A stretch of 62,718 bases of DNA, filler included, from an uncultured Thermoplasmatales archaeon (GCA_964517155.1; 8 parts of 8 records of this genome joined end to end with filler, not necessarily neighbours in it); one strand, 5' to 3'; shown: positions 11,986-22,362, counted from the whole stretch's first letter. Program-made: numbers and translations. Notes: a model not told the origin generated them from the sequence alone.

Positions 11986-13050
11986 TTATAAAAAATCGTT
12001 AATACTTCTTTTAACAGTTTCAACAAAATCCAACACATCCTCCCGTTTAGTATTATAAGAGCACATTAATCTTGCTTCAGAATTATTCTCATCAAATACA
12101 TGGAAAAAATATTTCTTATGAATTTTTTGCAAATAGTTTTTGGGAACTTTTGCAAACACTGCGTTTGATTCTACTTTTTGAGTTATTTCAATGCCTGAAA
12201 TATTTTTGATTTTGTTATAAAGAAGCTTTGCCATAGAGTTTGCATGCTCTGCATTTTTTTTCCATAGATCATTTGAAAGAAGAGTTTCAAACTGTATGGA
12301 TATATAGCGCATTTTTGACATCAAATGCATGCCTTGTTTTCTAAAAAACTCAAAGTTTCCAACAAGATTCTTATCAAAGAATACTACAGCATCACCGTAC
12401 ATCATACCATTTTTTGTACCGCCAAAACTAAGTAGATCAATACCTGCATCATAAGTAATTTCACCAAGCCCCACTTTCAAGTACGCTGCAGCGTTACAAA
12501 GACGAGCCCCATCCATATGAAGAAGCATATTATTTTTATGCGCAAAATCAGAAAGATTTTTTATTTCTTGGGGAGTATAAACTGTTCCAAGCTCTGTTGT
12601 TTGAGTAATAGAAATTACTCGTGGCTGTGCCATATGAACATCCCCAAATCCAACAAGCATAGGTTTAATCATATCAACAGTTAATTTTCCATCTTCTGTT
12701 GGAATAGTTAATAGCTTGCAACCTATAAAACTCTCGGGTCCGCAGCATTCATGTACATTTAAATGAGCTTGCTCTGCACAAATAATTGAGTTAAAAGAAT
12801 CTACAACAGATTTTAAACCAATTATATTTGCAGCAGTACCGTTTGCTACAAAAAAAACACCAATATTTTTTCCAAAATGTTCTTTGAATTTTTCAACAGC
12901 ATATTTTGTATATTCATCATCACCATATGAAACAGAATAACCTGAATTTACAGACTGCATAGCTTTAAAAATTTCAGGATGAACTCCAGAGTGATTATCA
13001 CTTCCAAATTCGTAATTTACGCTCATAGGATATTTGTAATCATTGAACAT
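11986..13050 (-). CDS. ltaE: Low-specificity L-threonine aldolase
   Basis: FGSDN, YGDD, NGTAAN, ELGTVY, HMDGAR, SFGGTKNG, SKMR. Confidence 0.92.
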   Translation of the reverse strand: MFNDYKYPMSVNYEFGSDNHSGVHPEIFKAMQSVNSGYSVSYGDDEYTKYAVEKFKEHFGKNIGVFFVANGTAANIIGLKSVVDSFNSIICAEQAHLNVHECCGPESFIGCKLLTIPTEDGKLTVDMIKPMLVGFGDVHMAQPRVISITQTTELGTVYTPQEIKNLSDFAHKNNMLLHMDGARLCNAAAYLKVGLGEITYDAGIDLLSFGGTKNGMMYGDAVVFFDKNLVGNFEFFRKQGMHLMSKMRYISIQFETLLSNDLWKKNAEHANSMAKLLYNKIKNISGIEITQKVESNAVFAKVPKNYLQKIHKKYFFHVFDENNSEARLMCSYNTKREDVLDFVETVKRSINDFL

Positions 13051-13091
13051 TATAAAAACCTTTTAAAGAATCTATAATCAAAAAATGTAAT

Positions 13092-13114
13092 TCGATAAAT
13101 TTTAATAGATTCAT
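13092..13114 (+). promoter_or_regulatory. Conserved promoter element of kbl-like gene (BRE/TATA-like)
   Basis: TCGATAAATTTTAATAGATTCAT; 22/23 identical copy upstream of a second kbl-like start (46354-46332, minus strand). Confidence 0.65.
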
Positions 13115-13175
13115 CTGTTTCAGGTGGAACCATACAAAAAAAATATTGTGAGTAATTATGGGGGCAAAAAGTCTT

Positions 13176-14363
13176 ATGAAACGAAATCCAACAGCATTTT
13201 TAAAAGAAGAATATGAAGAACTTGTAAAAAATAATTTTGACTGGAAACTAAGAATACTTGAATCAGGATCAAAACCTCATTCAATTGTTGATGGTAAAGA
13301 AGTAATAATGCTTTGTTCTAACAATTATCTAAACCTAAGCAACCATCCAAGATTAATTCAAGGTGCCGTAAACGCTGCTAAAAAACTCGGAGCAGGCTCT
13401 GGTAGTGTCAGAGCAATTGCCGGTACAATGAAGATACATATGGATGTAGAAAAACGTCTTGCAAAATTCAAAGGAACAGAATCCTCCCTTATTTATCAAA
13501 CCGGTTTTGCAGCAAACGCAGGTCTTATACCCCAACTCGCAGGTAAAGGAGACATAATCATTTCAGATGAGCTTAACCATGGAAGTATAATAGATGGCGT
13601 AAGGCTTACAAAAACAGATAGAGCTGTGTATAAGCACTGTGATATGGGTGAACTTGAGAAGGTACTCATTGATGCAGATAAAAAAAATTACCGTAGAATG
13701 CTTATCATCACAGATGGAGTATTTTCTATGGACGGAGATATTGCACCAATGGATAAAATCGTAAAACTTGCACAAGAATATGGTGCGATGACTTATGTAG
13801 ATGACGCGCATGGTGAGGGTGTAATAGGACCAGACGGCAGAGGAATCGGTGCCCATTATGGTCTTGAAGGTAAAATTGATGTGGAGATGGGGACTTTTTC
13901 AAAAGCATTCGGTGTCGTAGGAGGCCTTGTGGCAGGAAGTCAAGATCTTGTAAACTTTGCATACAACAAAAGCCGAACATGGCTTCTTTCAGGAAGTCAT
14001 CCACCAGCAGTCGCAGGAGCTCAACTTGCTGCAATAGATGTACTTGAGACAGAGCCGGAACATGTAAAAAACCTATGGGATAACACAAAATATTTCAAAA
14101 AAGAACTTAAAAATATGGGTTTTGACACGGGAGAAAGTCAAACTCCGATAACACCAGTAATTGTTGGAGAAAGCAGCAAAGCAAAAGACCTAAGCAACGG
14201 GCTTTACAAAGAAGGAGTATTTGCCTTACCAATAGTATTTCCAATGGTTGCAAGAGACAAAGCAAGAATAAGAACTATGATGAATGCTGGTCTTACAAAA
14301 AAAGATTTAGATTTTGCACTTGAAAAATTTGAAAAATTAGGCAAAAAACTTGAAATAATCTAA
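13176..14363 (+). CDS. kbl: Glycine C-acetyltransferase / AONS-family PLP enzyme
   Basis: CSNNYL, SDELNHGSIIDG, DGVFSMDGD, DDAHGEG, GTFSKAFG; divergent from ltaE; start 13176 supported by the second copy. Confidence 0.85.
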   Translation: MKRNPTAFLKEEYEELVKNNFDWKLRILESGSKPHSIVDGKEVIMLCSNNYLNLSNHPRLIQGAVNAAKKLGAGSGSVRAIAGTMKIHMDVEKRLAKFKGTESSLIYQTGFAANAGLIPQLAGKGDIIISDELNHGSIIDGVRLTKTDRAVYKHCDMGELEKVLIDADKKNYRRMLIITDGVFSMDGDIAPMDKIVKLAQEYGAMTYVDDAHGEGVIGPDGRGIGAHYGLEGKIDVEMGTFSKAFGVVGGLVAGSQDLVNFAYNKSRTWLLSGSHPPAVAGAQLAAIDVLETEPEHVKNLWDNTKYFKKELKNMGFDTGESQTPITPVIVGESSKAKDLSNGLYKEGVFALPIVFPMVARDKARIRTMMNAGLTKKDLDFALEKFEKLGKKLEII

Positions 14364-14398
14364 AAAAACTTTTTTTCTTTTTATTAAAGTGTTGATAT

Positions 14399-14779
14399 AT
14401 GGTTCAAAAAACAACAATTATGCATATTGCATTAAACTATCCTGATAAAGAAAAAGCAGACGTCTTTTTTACAGAAATACTAAATTTAAAACTGCAAAAA
14501 TCATTTAGTTTAAATCCTGACTTGTCCAAACAAATATTTAATCTAAGCGAAAAAGTCGATGTTTTTGTTTATGGTGAGGATTTTACTGTTTTTGAAGTGT
14601 TTATTACAGAAAAAAAAGTAAGACATAGTTTTGAGCATGTTTGTATAAAAATAGATGATAAAAAAGAGTTTATTGAAAAATGTAAAAAATATAAATTAAA
14701 AATTTATCAAGTAAATAAAGATGAAAAAAAGCTTCTTTTTGTAAAAGATTTTTCAGGTAATCTTTACGAAGTAAAATAA
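14399..14779 (+). CDS. VOC/glyoxalase-family protein
   Basis: HIAL..FF..IL.L, HVCI, F.KD.SGN.YE. Confidence 0.8.
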   Translation: MVQKTTIMHIALNYPDKEKADVFFTEILNLKLQKSFSLNPDLSKQIFNLSEKVDVFVYGEDFTVFEVFITEKKVRHSFEHVCIKIDDKKEFIEKCKKYKLKIYQVNKDEKKLLFVKDFSGNLYEVK

Positions 14780-14784
14780 AAAAA

Positions 14785-15474
14785 CTATTTTTTTGCCCAT
14801 TTTCCTTTTTTCTTCTGATTTAGCACACGATCGATTATTGTTTGCTCATCTACTTCTTTAAATGAATCATCTTTATCTTCTTTACTCATATGTCGTTGTA
14901 ATGCAGCTTCTATTGCATCTGAATCTGCTTCAACTATTGTGCCTTCTTCAGATTTTTCTTCATCTGTTTTTTCAGCAGTATATTCTTTTTCCACTTTTTT
15001 TATTTCTACTTTAGCATTCATTGCAGGCTCATTTTGTTTTTTTTCTAAGTCTTCATCTATCTCTTTTTCAATTGTTTCGTTATTCTGATATGAGTTTTCT
15101 TCTGTAACTTCAAAAACAGATGGTTCTTCTTTTTCTATTGGTGGGACATCTATTACTTCATCTTTAGTTTCTTTAGTTGTATCTATGTCTGATTCGAGTA
15201 CTGCAGATTCTTCTTCAAATGTTGGAGTATCTTTTGGTTTTTCAGCGTAAGAACTTGGATCAGAGTATTTTTTATTTGTTGTTTCAGAAGGAATAAAATT
15301 AAATGCTTCATCAATAAGTTCTCTTTCTTCACTAGTTGGAATCCATATGTATTCATTGTTTTCAATTATTATGTTTGATGAATTTAAATTAAAATGGGCA
15401 ACCATTTTCAGTTTTCCTGATTGGTTATCTTTTATTAATTCAATTTTTATACCAATATTATCATCTTTAGGCAT
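14785..15474 (-). CDS. Hypothetical protein with long acidic linker
   Basis: 229-aa ORF with GGAG SD; compact termini, E/K-rich middle. Confidence 0.75.
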   Translation of the reverse strand: MPKDDNIGIKIELIKDNQSGKLKMVAHFNLNSSNIIIENNEYIWIPTSEERELIDEAFNFIPSETTNKKYSDPSSYAEKPKDTPTFEEESAVLESDIDTTKETKDEVIDVPPIEKEEPSVFEVTEENSYQNNETIEKEIDEDLEKKQNEPAMNAKVEIKKVEKEYTAEKTDEEKSEEGTIVEADSDAIEAALQRHMSKEDKDDSFKEVDEQTIIDRVLNQKKKGKWAKK

Positions 15475-15545
15475 ATATCTCTCTCCAGACCATAAAATTT
15501 GTATAATTTATTAGAACTTATATCTTGCGTTTTATCTGGGTGTTT

Positions 15546-16517
15546 TTAAAATGAAAATAAATTTAGATTTTTAATGTTGTTGATTTTTTCTAGTAAATTT
15601 TGAATTACCAAGTTAAATCTTGATATATATCTTTTGTTTTCATCTATTTTTGGATTTTCAATTATTTCATTGTCTGTAGAATATTTGTTCATTACGATAT
15701 TACCATCAATATTATTGGTTAATGTAGAATCTATTATTTTATTGTCATTTGATGATGAAAGGTAGATACCATGTACTCTGTTGTTAAAGATTTCACAGTT
15801 TGAAATAATGTTTTCATTATTATTTGATACAATTGCATTTATGCCTGTATGTGTGTTGTTATAAAACTTGCAGTTTATAATTTGATTATATGAAGAATAT
15901 TGGAGTTCTATTCCATCGCAGTTGTCATAAAAAATGCAGTTTGATATAATATTGTTATTAACTGGGTTTTTACTGCTACCAAGTAGCGCTATTCCTTCAT
16001 CTTTGCATCCATAAAAAGTACTGTTGTATATCTTATTTTCACTAGTCCAAACTGCAATACCTACAGGTGTGTTAAAGATTTTACAGTTGTCAATTTCTGT
16101 GTTTTTTGAAGATATTTTTATTCCTTGGGAATATATGCCCGGGGCTCCATTTGTAATTCCTATATTTTTTATTTTTATGTTTGGAGCCCCTATATATACG
16201 GCATATCTATTTTCTTCCGAGATGGGATTTATTAGAGTGCTATCCTTATCCTCTCCTATGAGCCAGATAGTTTTTTTAATCTGAATTATTTCAGGATATT
16301 CGCCGTTTTTGATATATATTGTTGAGCCTGATGCAGCATTATCTATTGCTTCTTGAATTGAGATGTACTGGCCGTTGCCATTTTTATCAACAATTATCAA
16401 ACTGTTATCATTTGTTTGTTGTATTGTCTCTGATTGAACAAGAAATACAAATGTAGTTTGCATTAGTATTATAATTGAAGCGATTGTCATTGTTTTTCTT
16501 ATTCTTCCCTTCATCAT
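15546..16517 (-). CDS. Secreted right-handed beta-helix (NosD/pectinesterase-like) protein
   Basis: Signal peptide; IVDKNGNGQY.SIQEAID.A, G.Y.E, repeated GI.L..S.NN.I..C.F.NN. Confidence 0.88.
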   Translation of the reverse strand: MMKGRIRKTMTIASIIILMQTTFVFLVQSETIQQTNDNSLIIVDKNGNGQYISIQEAIDNAASGSTIYIKNGEYPEIIQIKKTIWLIGEDKDSTLINPISEENRYAVYIGAPNIKIKNIGITNGAPGIYSQGIKISSKNTEIDNCKIFNTPVGIAVWTSENKIYNSTFYGCKDEGIALLGSSKNPVNNNIISNCIFYDNCDGIELQYSSYNQIINCKFYNNTHTGINAIVSNNNENIISNCEIFNNRVHGIYLSSSNDNKIIDSTLTNNIDGNIVMNKYSTDNEIIENPKIDENKRYISRFNLVIQNLLEKINNIKNLNLFSF

Positions 16518-16609
16518 ACCATACCACGTTAAATATTACCATGTTGTTTGTTAACGTGATACGTTTTCTACTAAATATTATATAAAGTTTAAGCGTAAAA
16601 AAACCAAAA

Positions 16610-16622
16610 TGACAAAATGTCA
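16610..16622. promoter_or_regulatory. Palindromic operator candidate TGACA-AAA-TGTCA
   Basis: Upstream of TTTATATA box of the beta-helix gene; identical copy at 39929-39941. Confidence 0.5.
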
Positions 16623-16624
16623 AA

Positions 16625-17884
16625 TTAATTCAAAACCAAACCATTTAACTCCCTACAACGCGAGAGAATCTTATCACAAACACTTGAATTGCATTCAAAA
16701 GAAATAACAACAAAATCATCATAAGAAACATCTAAAACATGAGCCTTTTCATAAATCCAAGAAACAAAAGATTGGGATTCTTCACACAAAGGAATCTTAA
16801 TTTTACAACCTACAAGATGCGGCAAAAAACTATATATCACATCAAATAACTCACCAATATTAAAATTATTTTTAACAGAGACAAATACCATTTTTTTATC
16901 CCTCAAAAAATCCATATCATTAAAAAATTTGATTCTAGACTCCAAAACCTTCTGAGAAACAATATCGCATTTATTAAAAACCAAAACAACAGGTACCCCA
17001 ACACCCAGATTAACAAGCTCCCCGAGACTAACCTTTAATTTCTTGACAACAACATCCAACTCATCACCAATATCAACAACTAATAATACAACATCAGAAA
17101 CAGCAATTTCCTCAAGGGTAGAATGAAAAGCATCAACAATCTCACTAGGAAGATTACTGATAAAACCAACAGTATCAGTCAACAAAACAGGTAAAAGGCT
17201 CTCTTTGATTTTTTTAGTAGTAGTAGAAAGAGTAGAAAAAAGCCTACCCTCAACTTTTACATTACCACCAGTTAATAAATTCAAAAGACTACTTTTCCCA
17301 GCATTAGTATAACCTGCTAAAGAAACAAGATAAAAACCACTCTTATGACGATGAGCACGACGCAACTCACGCTGATTACGAATACTTTCCAATTCTTCTT
17401 TAACCTTTCTAACTTGTTTCTTGATCATCTCGTAATAATCATCAACCTGATACTCACCACCCGCCATAAAACCAGGATGCTCACCTGCTCGTGCACGATG
17501 AATAAGCTCACGAACAAAAGGTCGTTCATACTCAAGTTTAGCCAATCTCACCTGAAGCTTTGCTTCTCTACGCTCAGCATGATTCTCAAAAATAGAAAGA
17601 ATAAGCCTAACACGATCAAAAACATCTACACCAAGTTTCTTCTCCATTAAAAACCACTGAGAAGGTTTAAGCTGGCCATTAACAACCACCAGATCTATAG
17701 ACTCAATAGATTCATCAATATACTTTTTAATTTCTTCCAACTTACCTTTACCAACAAAACTATTAACATCAGGGTTAACCCGGTTCTGAAAAAAAGATTT
17801 TACAACATTATACTCCAAAGTACTTGACAAATCAACAATTTCAGAAACATAAGACTCCAGAGAAATAACAATAGTATTCTTCAT
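16625..17884 (-). CDS. hflX: GTPase HflX
   Basis: GYTNAGKSSL, LFSTL.TTT, DTVGFI, AF.STLEE, NKCD. Confidence 0.95.
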   Translation of the reverse strand: MKNTIVISLESYVSEIVDLSSTLEYNVVKSFFQNRVNPDVNSFVGKGKLEEIKKYIDESIESIDLVVVNGQLKPSQWFLMEKKLGVDVFDRVRLILSIFENHAERREAKLQVRLAKLEYERPFVRELIHRARAGEHPGFMAGGEYQVDDYYEMIKKQVRKVKEELESIRNQRELRRAHRHKSGFYLVSLAGYTNAGKSSLLNLLTGGNVKVEGRLFSTLSTTTKKIKESLLPVLLTDTVGFISNLPSEIVDAFHSTLEEIAVSDVVLLVVDIGDELDVVVKKLKVSLGELVNLGVGVPVVLVFNKCDIVSQKVLESRIKFFNDMDFLRDKKMVFVSVKNNFNIGELFDVIYSFLPHLVGCKIKIPLCEESQSFVSWIYEKAHVLDVSYDDFVVISFECNSSVCDKILSRCRELNGLVLN

Positions 17885-17952
17885 ACAATTTCAACAACAA
17901 TTAAACCAAGTAATACCACAAACTATACTTAAAACAAACACACAGCATACTA

Positions 17953-18057
17953 TTATGAATAAGGCATAATCAAAAACCAAAAAACAACAATAAAAATAGC
18001 AATACCTGCAACAAACAAAAAATCAATTGTATTTTGGATACTTTCTGAAATATTCAT
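17953..18057 (-). CDS. Small single-TM protein (34 aa)
   Basis: Not in ORF track; MNISESIQNTIDFLFVAGIAIFIVVFWFLIMPYS with AGGGA SD. Confidence 0.5.
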   Translation of the reverse strand: MNISESIQNTIDFLFVAGIAIFIVVFWFLIMPYS

Positions 18058-18152
18058 TAACATCCCTTATAATAACTAAAACAACAAAGCATACATAAAA
18101 ACATTTTTCGCAGTTGAATATACAATTGAATATACATTTTATCAAAAATAAT

Positions 18153-18794
18153 TTAATTCTTATTAAACCATAAAAGAGTGCTAAAAAACCTTTGAACTGC
18201 TGTAATAACTCCAACTACTGCAAAATAAACAAGAACCCATGTAAGAAGACTAAAATTCAACGGCAATACAATTTCATAATTAAGTAAAATATGTTGAACT
18301 ATAGGTGCAATCATTAAAAGAACAAGTCTATCTGCACGGCCAAGAAGCCCTGAATAATTCCTATTAGCACCAACTGCCTGAGACTGAGTGCCCATATAGC
18401 TCGTAAGAAGCATGCTTGTAACTGCAATTAAACCAATTGCATATTCTTCTCTACACCATGGACTAAGAGCAAGACCTCCAAGTATTAAAACATCTGAAAA
18501 ACGATCAAAAGCATGATCAATAAAATCACCTTTCGCAGAAACTTTACCTGTAATTTTTGCAACTTTTCCATCTATTGCATCAAAAAAACCATTAAAAAAA
18601 ACAAATAAAGATGCAAAATACAAATAAAAATTATTAAGCTCTAAACTCGGGCTTGAAAAATAAAAAAACATACCTCCCAAAAAAGCAAAAACAAGAGATA
18701 TAAAACTAAGAATATTGGGACTAAAACATACAAAAATTTTGGCGAACCTATTTAGTAAAGGATCAACATTATCTCTTTGAGTATCAAGAACCAT
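18153..18794 (-). CDS. CDP-alcohol phosphatidyltransferase (archaetidylinositol phosphate synthase-like)
   Basis: DAIDGKVA...G.F.DH.FDR signature. Confidence 0.92.
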   Translation of the reverse strand: MVLDTQRDNVDPLLNRFAKIFVCFSPNILSFISLVFAFLGGMFFYFSSPSLELNNFYLYFASLFVFFNGFFDAIDGKVAKITGKVSAKGDFIDHAFDRFSDVLILGGLALSPWCREEYAIGLIAVTSMLLTSYMGTQSQAVGANRNYSGLLGRADRLVLLMIAPIVQHILLNYEIVLPLNFSLLTWVLVYFAVVGVITAVQRFFSTLLWFNKN

Positions 18795-18810
18795 AAATCG
18801 CAACCTACAT

Positions 18811-19359
18811 TCACAACTCTTTTAAGAGTTCCTCAGACCAATCAATTTCTCCTATTTTATATTTTTTTATATTTTTAAATTTATTTTCAATAATTTCTAA
18901 AATACAACGAACAATATTTTGTATAGATAACTTGGTACCATCAATTTCAAAACAATTTTTTTCAGAATGAATATCAACTGCCTCGCATAATATTACATCA
19001 AGGGCTTCTGCTTGAACATTCTCACTAACTTTATCTTTTTTCCAATTTCTATCAAAAAGTATTTCTCTGAGTCTTAAAGGATGCAATCTAAGAATAATAA
19101 TTTTATCTGCACAATTTAACAAATGAGATATATGTCCTTCAACAAAAACCAATTCATCAGAAGAAAAATTCCTTTTAATATAAACATTTAATTTTTCAAT
19201 ATCAACAATTTTAGAATTTCTATTTTTATCTACACCAAGTACAAAATTATTATCAAACGCAACTTTTTTTAAATCAACTACTGTAAAACCTTTCTTTTTT
19301 AGAATAGATGCTACAGTAGTTTTACCTGTTCCAGGAGTACCTGTTATTGCTACAATCAT
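18811..19359 (-). CDS. Archaeal AK6/Fap7-like nucleotide kinase
   Basis: ITGTPGTGKTT, VEGH.SH, K..EN..AE. Confidence 0.88.
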   Translation of the reverse strand: MIVAITGTPGTGKTTVASILKKKGFTVVDLKKVAFDNNFVLGVDKNRNSKIVDIEKLNVYIKRNFSSDELVFVEGHISHLLNCADKIIILRLHPLRLREILFDRNWKKDKVSENVQAEALDVILCEAVDIHSEKNCFEIDGTKLSIQNIVRCILEIIENKFKNIKKYKIGEIDWSEELLKEL

Positions 19360-19368
19360 AAAACGAAT

Positions 19369-20664
19369 TTATACCAAATTATGGTAATCATAACCACGAA
19401 AATCTTCTTTGAAACAATAATGAAGAATCTGATAATCCTTTCTAAATTCTTTAATCTCTGCTTTAATTTTACTTGGTTTTTCATTATCTAAAAGAACACG
19501 CTTATAAAACTCAGCTACTTCATCCATTTCTTTTTCTTTCATGCCAATGCGTGTAAGCTCAGGAGTACCAAGGCGCAATCCAGATGGATTCAATGGATCA
19601 CTATCACCCGGGATTGTATTCATATTTGTAACTATACCTGCATCCACAAGCTTCTTTGATGCTTCTTTTCCTTTACCTAGACCAATTGCAAGAAGTATCT
19701 GATGAGATTTAGTAAAACCTAGTTTTTCACCAAATACTTTAAAACCACGCTCATGCAAAGATTGAGCAAGTGCCTGTGCATTAGCAATTGTCTGCTTTGC
19801 ATATGCCTCTCCAAATTCTAAATGCTCAGCATAAGCAATCGCTTTTGCTGCAACATGATGAAGATGATAAGAAGAAGTAACACCCGGAAAAACACCAAAG
19901 CTGAGTTTTCTTAAAAAAGATTTACCTTCCTCAGTTTTTTCATCATGATCAGAAATTATCATACCACCCTGAGGACCAGGAAGAGTCTTATGCGTAGAGC
20001 CATTCATAACATCAGCACCCTCACGCAGCGGATCCTGAAATTGTTTACCAGCAACCAAACCTAAAACATGCGCTGCATCATATACTAAATATGCGCCAAC
20101 TTCATGGGCAGCCTCTGCAAGTTCTTTAATTGGACTGGGAAACAAAAAAACAGAACGTCCATTAAGACAAAGCTTTGGTTTAACTTGTTTTATAAGTTTA
20201 ACTGCACCATCCACATCGATATTCATCTCTTCATCATTAAAAGGATACGAAACTAGATTAATACCGCGAACGCCAGCACCACCCCATTTACCAAAACTGA
20301 TATGTGCACCATTTGCTAAATCAAGAACACATGCAGTCTCACCTGGTTTAATCAAGGCTTTTAAAACCCCAATATTTGCAGTAGTACCAGATGTTGGTCT
20401 TACATCAGCATAGTTACAATTAAAAAGCTTTTTTGCAAGCTGTATTGCTTTTTCTTCAACCAGATCAAAAATTTCACAGCCTTCATAATATCGTTTACCC
20501 GGAGTACCTTCAGCATAACGACCATGAAAATCAGTTACAAGCATCTCTCTGCACAAGGGAGATAAAACATTTTCACTTGCTATCATCGGAAGTGAATTTG
20601 CAAAAAATTCATTGTTTAAACGTGCCTGTTTTCGTATATACTCAACTTCATCATACCAGTTCAT
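19369..20664 (-). CDS. glyA: Serine hydroxymethyltransferase
   Basis: IASEN, YAEG.PG.RYY.GC, YDAAHVLG, STHKTLPGPQGG, GLRLGT. Confidence 0.97.
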   Translation of the reverse strand: MNWYDEVEYIRKQARLNNEFFANSLPMIASENVLSPLCREMLVTDFHGRYAEGTPGKRYYEGCEIFDLVEEKAIQLAKKLFNCNYADVRPTSGTTANIGVLKALIKPGETACVLDLANGAHISFGKWGGAGVRGINLVSYPFNDEEMNIDVDGAVKLIKQVKPKLCLNGRSVFLFPSPIKELAEAAHEVGAYLVYDAAHVLGLVAGKQFQDPLREGADVMNGSTHKTLPGPQGGMIISDHDEKTEEGKSFLRKLSFGVFPGVTSSYHLHHVAAKAIAYAEHLEFGEAYAKQTIANAQALAQSLHERGFKVFGEKLGFTKSHQILLAIGLGKGKEASKKLVDAGIVTNMNTIPGDSDPLNPSGLRLGTPELTRIGMKEKEMDEVAEFYKRVLLDNEKPSKIKAEIKEFRKDYQILHYCFKEDFRGYDYHNLV

Positions 20665-20726
20665 AGATAAAACCCCTAAAAAAGCCATATCCCTAAATCT
20701 AATAAAAAGTTAATGGAAAAAACAAA

Positions 20727-21827
20727 CTAAATCTCAATTAACTCTCGAGAGGTTTTTGATAAGATTTGAGCACCATTACTTATAACAAGAATATCATCTT
20801 CTATTCTTACACCACCAAAACCAGGTATGTAAACACCAGGTTCAACAGTTAAAACCATATTCTCTGCAAGCTCAAAATCAGACATCGGGCTTAAACCAGA
20901 TCCGCCGTCATGAACATCCAAACCAAGAGAATGACCTGTCGAATGAATAAAACAACCTTTAAACTGGCTTTTATTTATAAAATCATCAACAGTTTTGTGT
21001 ACATCTTTAGCTTTTACACCTGGTTTTATCAAATCAAAAGCCTTTTTTTGAGCATTTAAAACAGTTTCAAACATTTTCTTTTGTTTATCATTTGCACTCC
21101 TAAAAACAAAAGTCCGTGTTATATCAGAGTTATAACGTTTGAAACATGCTCCAAAATCACAAAGAACAAAATCACCTCTCTGAAGTTTAACTTCACCATT
21201 GGTATAATGCGGCTCAGCAGCATTTTTTCCAAAAGAAGAAATAGTATCAAAAGCAGATTTATCTGCACCGTATTTTTTTAGATGATAATCTATTTCTGCA
21301 GCAAGTTCATATTCAAACATACCCTCCTTTAAAAATTTGGGTATTTTTTCCATAACTTTATCAGATATATCAGCTGCTTTTTTTATCAGATTGATTTCCA
21401 ATTCATCTTTAATCATTCTAGTTTTAGTTAAAGCTGTAGATACATCAACAAAACTACAGCCAGATAAGATATTTGATAATATTTGATAATCTGCATATGA
21501 TAAACCTTTGAAATTCAAGCCGATTTTATTACAGCCTTCAACACTATTTTTTAAATGAATGTTAAACTCTTCACGATTTTCAAAAACTTTAATATTACAC
21601 TTTGTTTTTTTAGCAGTTTCAGATTCAAGTTGACTTACAATTAACTTAATGTTTCCGTCAGCAAACAAAACAACAGCACAGCCTTCAAACAAACCTTTTT
21701 CAAGGCCTGTTACATAGAAAAAGTTTGAATCAAAAAAATGTTCACCAGTATTTTTGATAATTATTGCATCTGGTTTTTCTTGAATTTCTTCAAAAATTTT
21801 TTTGATTCTAGCACGTAAATAATCCAT
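20727..21827 (-). CDS. pepQ: Xaa-Pro aminopeptidase/dipeptidase (M24B)
   Basis: Y.SDITRT, HSTGHSLGLDVHD, TVEPGVY, GVRIED. Confidence 0.9.
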   Translation of the reverse strand: MDYLRARIKKIFEEIQEKPDAIIIKNTGEHFFDSNFFYVTGLEKGLFEGCAVVLFADGNIKLIVSQLESETAKKTKCNIKVFENREEFNIHLKNSVEGCNKIGLNFKGLSYADYQILSNILSGCSFVDVSTALTKTRMIKDELEINLIKKAADISDKVMEKIPKFLKEGMFEYELAAEIDYHLKKYGADKSAFDTISSFGKNAAEPHYTNGEVKLQRGDFVLCDFGACFKRYNSDITRTFVFRSANDKQKKMFETVLNAQKKAFDLIKPGVKAKDVHKTVDDFINKSQFKGCFIHSTGHSLGLDVHDGGSGLSPMSDFELAENMVLTVEPGVYIPGFGGVRIEDDILVISNGAQILSKTSRELIEI

Positions 21828-21905
21828 CTGGATAAACCACCAAAGAGCATACAAAATAAAGAAATAAAAGGAATAAGTTTTATATTAAGTTGGATTTAAA
21901 AGCCT

Positions 21906-22289
21906 TTATTTATACTGCTTTACAAGTGTTTGTAATTCTGAGAGATCGTTTTTTATTGTCGCAACTTGTTTCATTTTCTCTGATTCAAAATTCCTTAAGA
22001 TCTCTGGCAAAGGCTTAGTAAGTGTATAAATATGAACTGGCCTGCCTTTACCTTTCTTTTTAAGATCACGTTTTTTTGCCCAGCCGCGTCGTCTCATCTC
22101 TTGCATAGCAACGCTTACTTCAGGTTGTCTTAAATCTGCACCTTGCTCAACATCTGCAGATCTGCATTCAGGTACTTGTGAAATATACATTAATGTCTTA
22201 GCAAGATTTTTTGGCATCCCTAGTTCGGCAAACAAGCTTACCGCTTTATCGTCTTTTTCATCCAATACAAATGAATTCTTTCGCTTCAT
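21906..22289 (-). CDS. Archaeal wHTH transcriptional regulator
   Basis: LRQPEVSVAM and GKGRP..IY.L motifs. Confidence 0.85.
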   Translation of the reverse strand: MKRKNSFVLDEKDDKAVSLFAELGMPKNLAKTLMYISQVPECRSADVEQGADLRQPEVSVAMQEMRRRGWAKKRDLKKKGKGRPVHIYTLTKPLPEILRNFESEKMKQVATIKNDLSELQTLVKQYK

Positions 22290-22362
22290 ATTCTCCTCAC
22301 CTTTTCTAAATCATTCGACAGTATTTATATTTTTCCTATTTTTTCAACAACAGGAGGAAAAA

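Noticed and set aside
16625..17884. Strong G/T-rich coding bias in hflX and the giant gene, versus A/C-rich bias at 37280-38231, as sign of foreign origin
   Set aside because: Overall GC looks host-like and hflX is a core gene; cannot be quantified by eye
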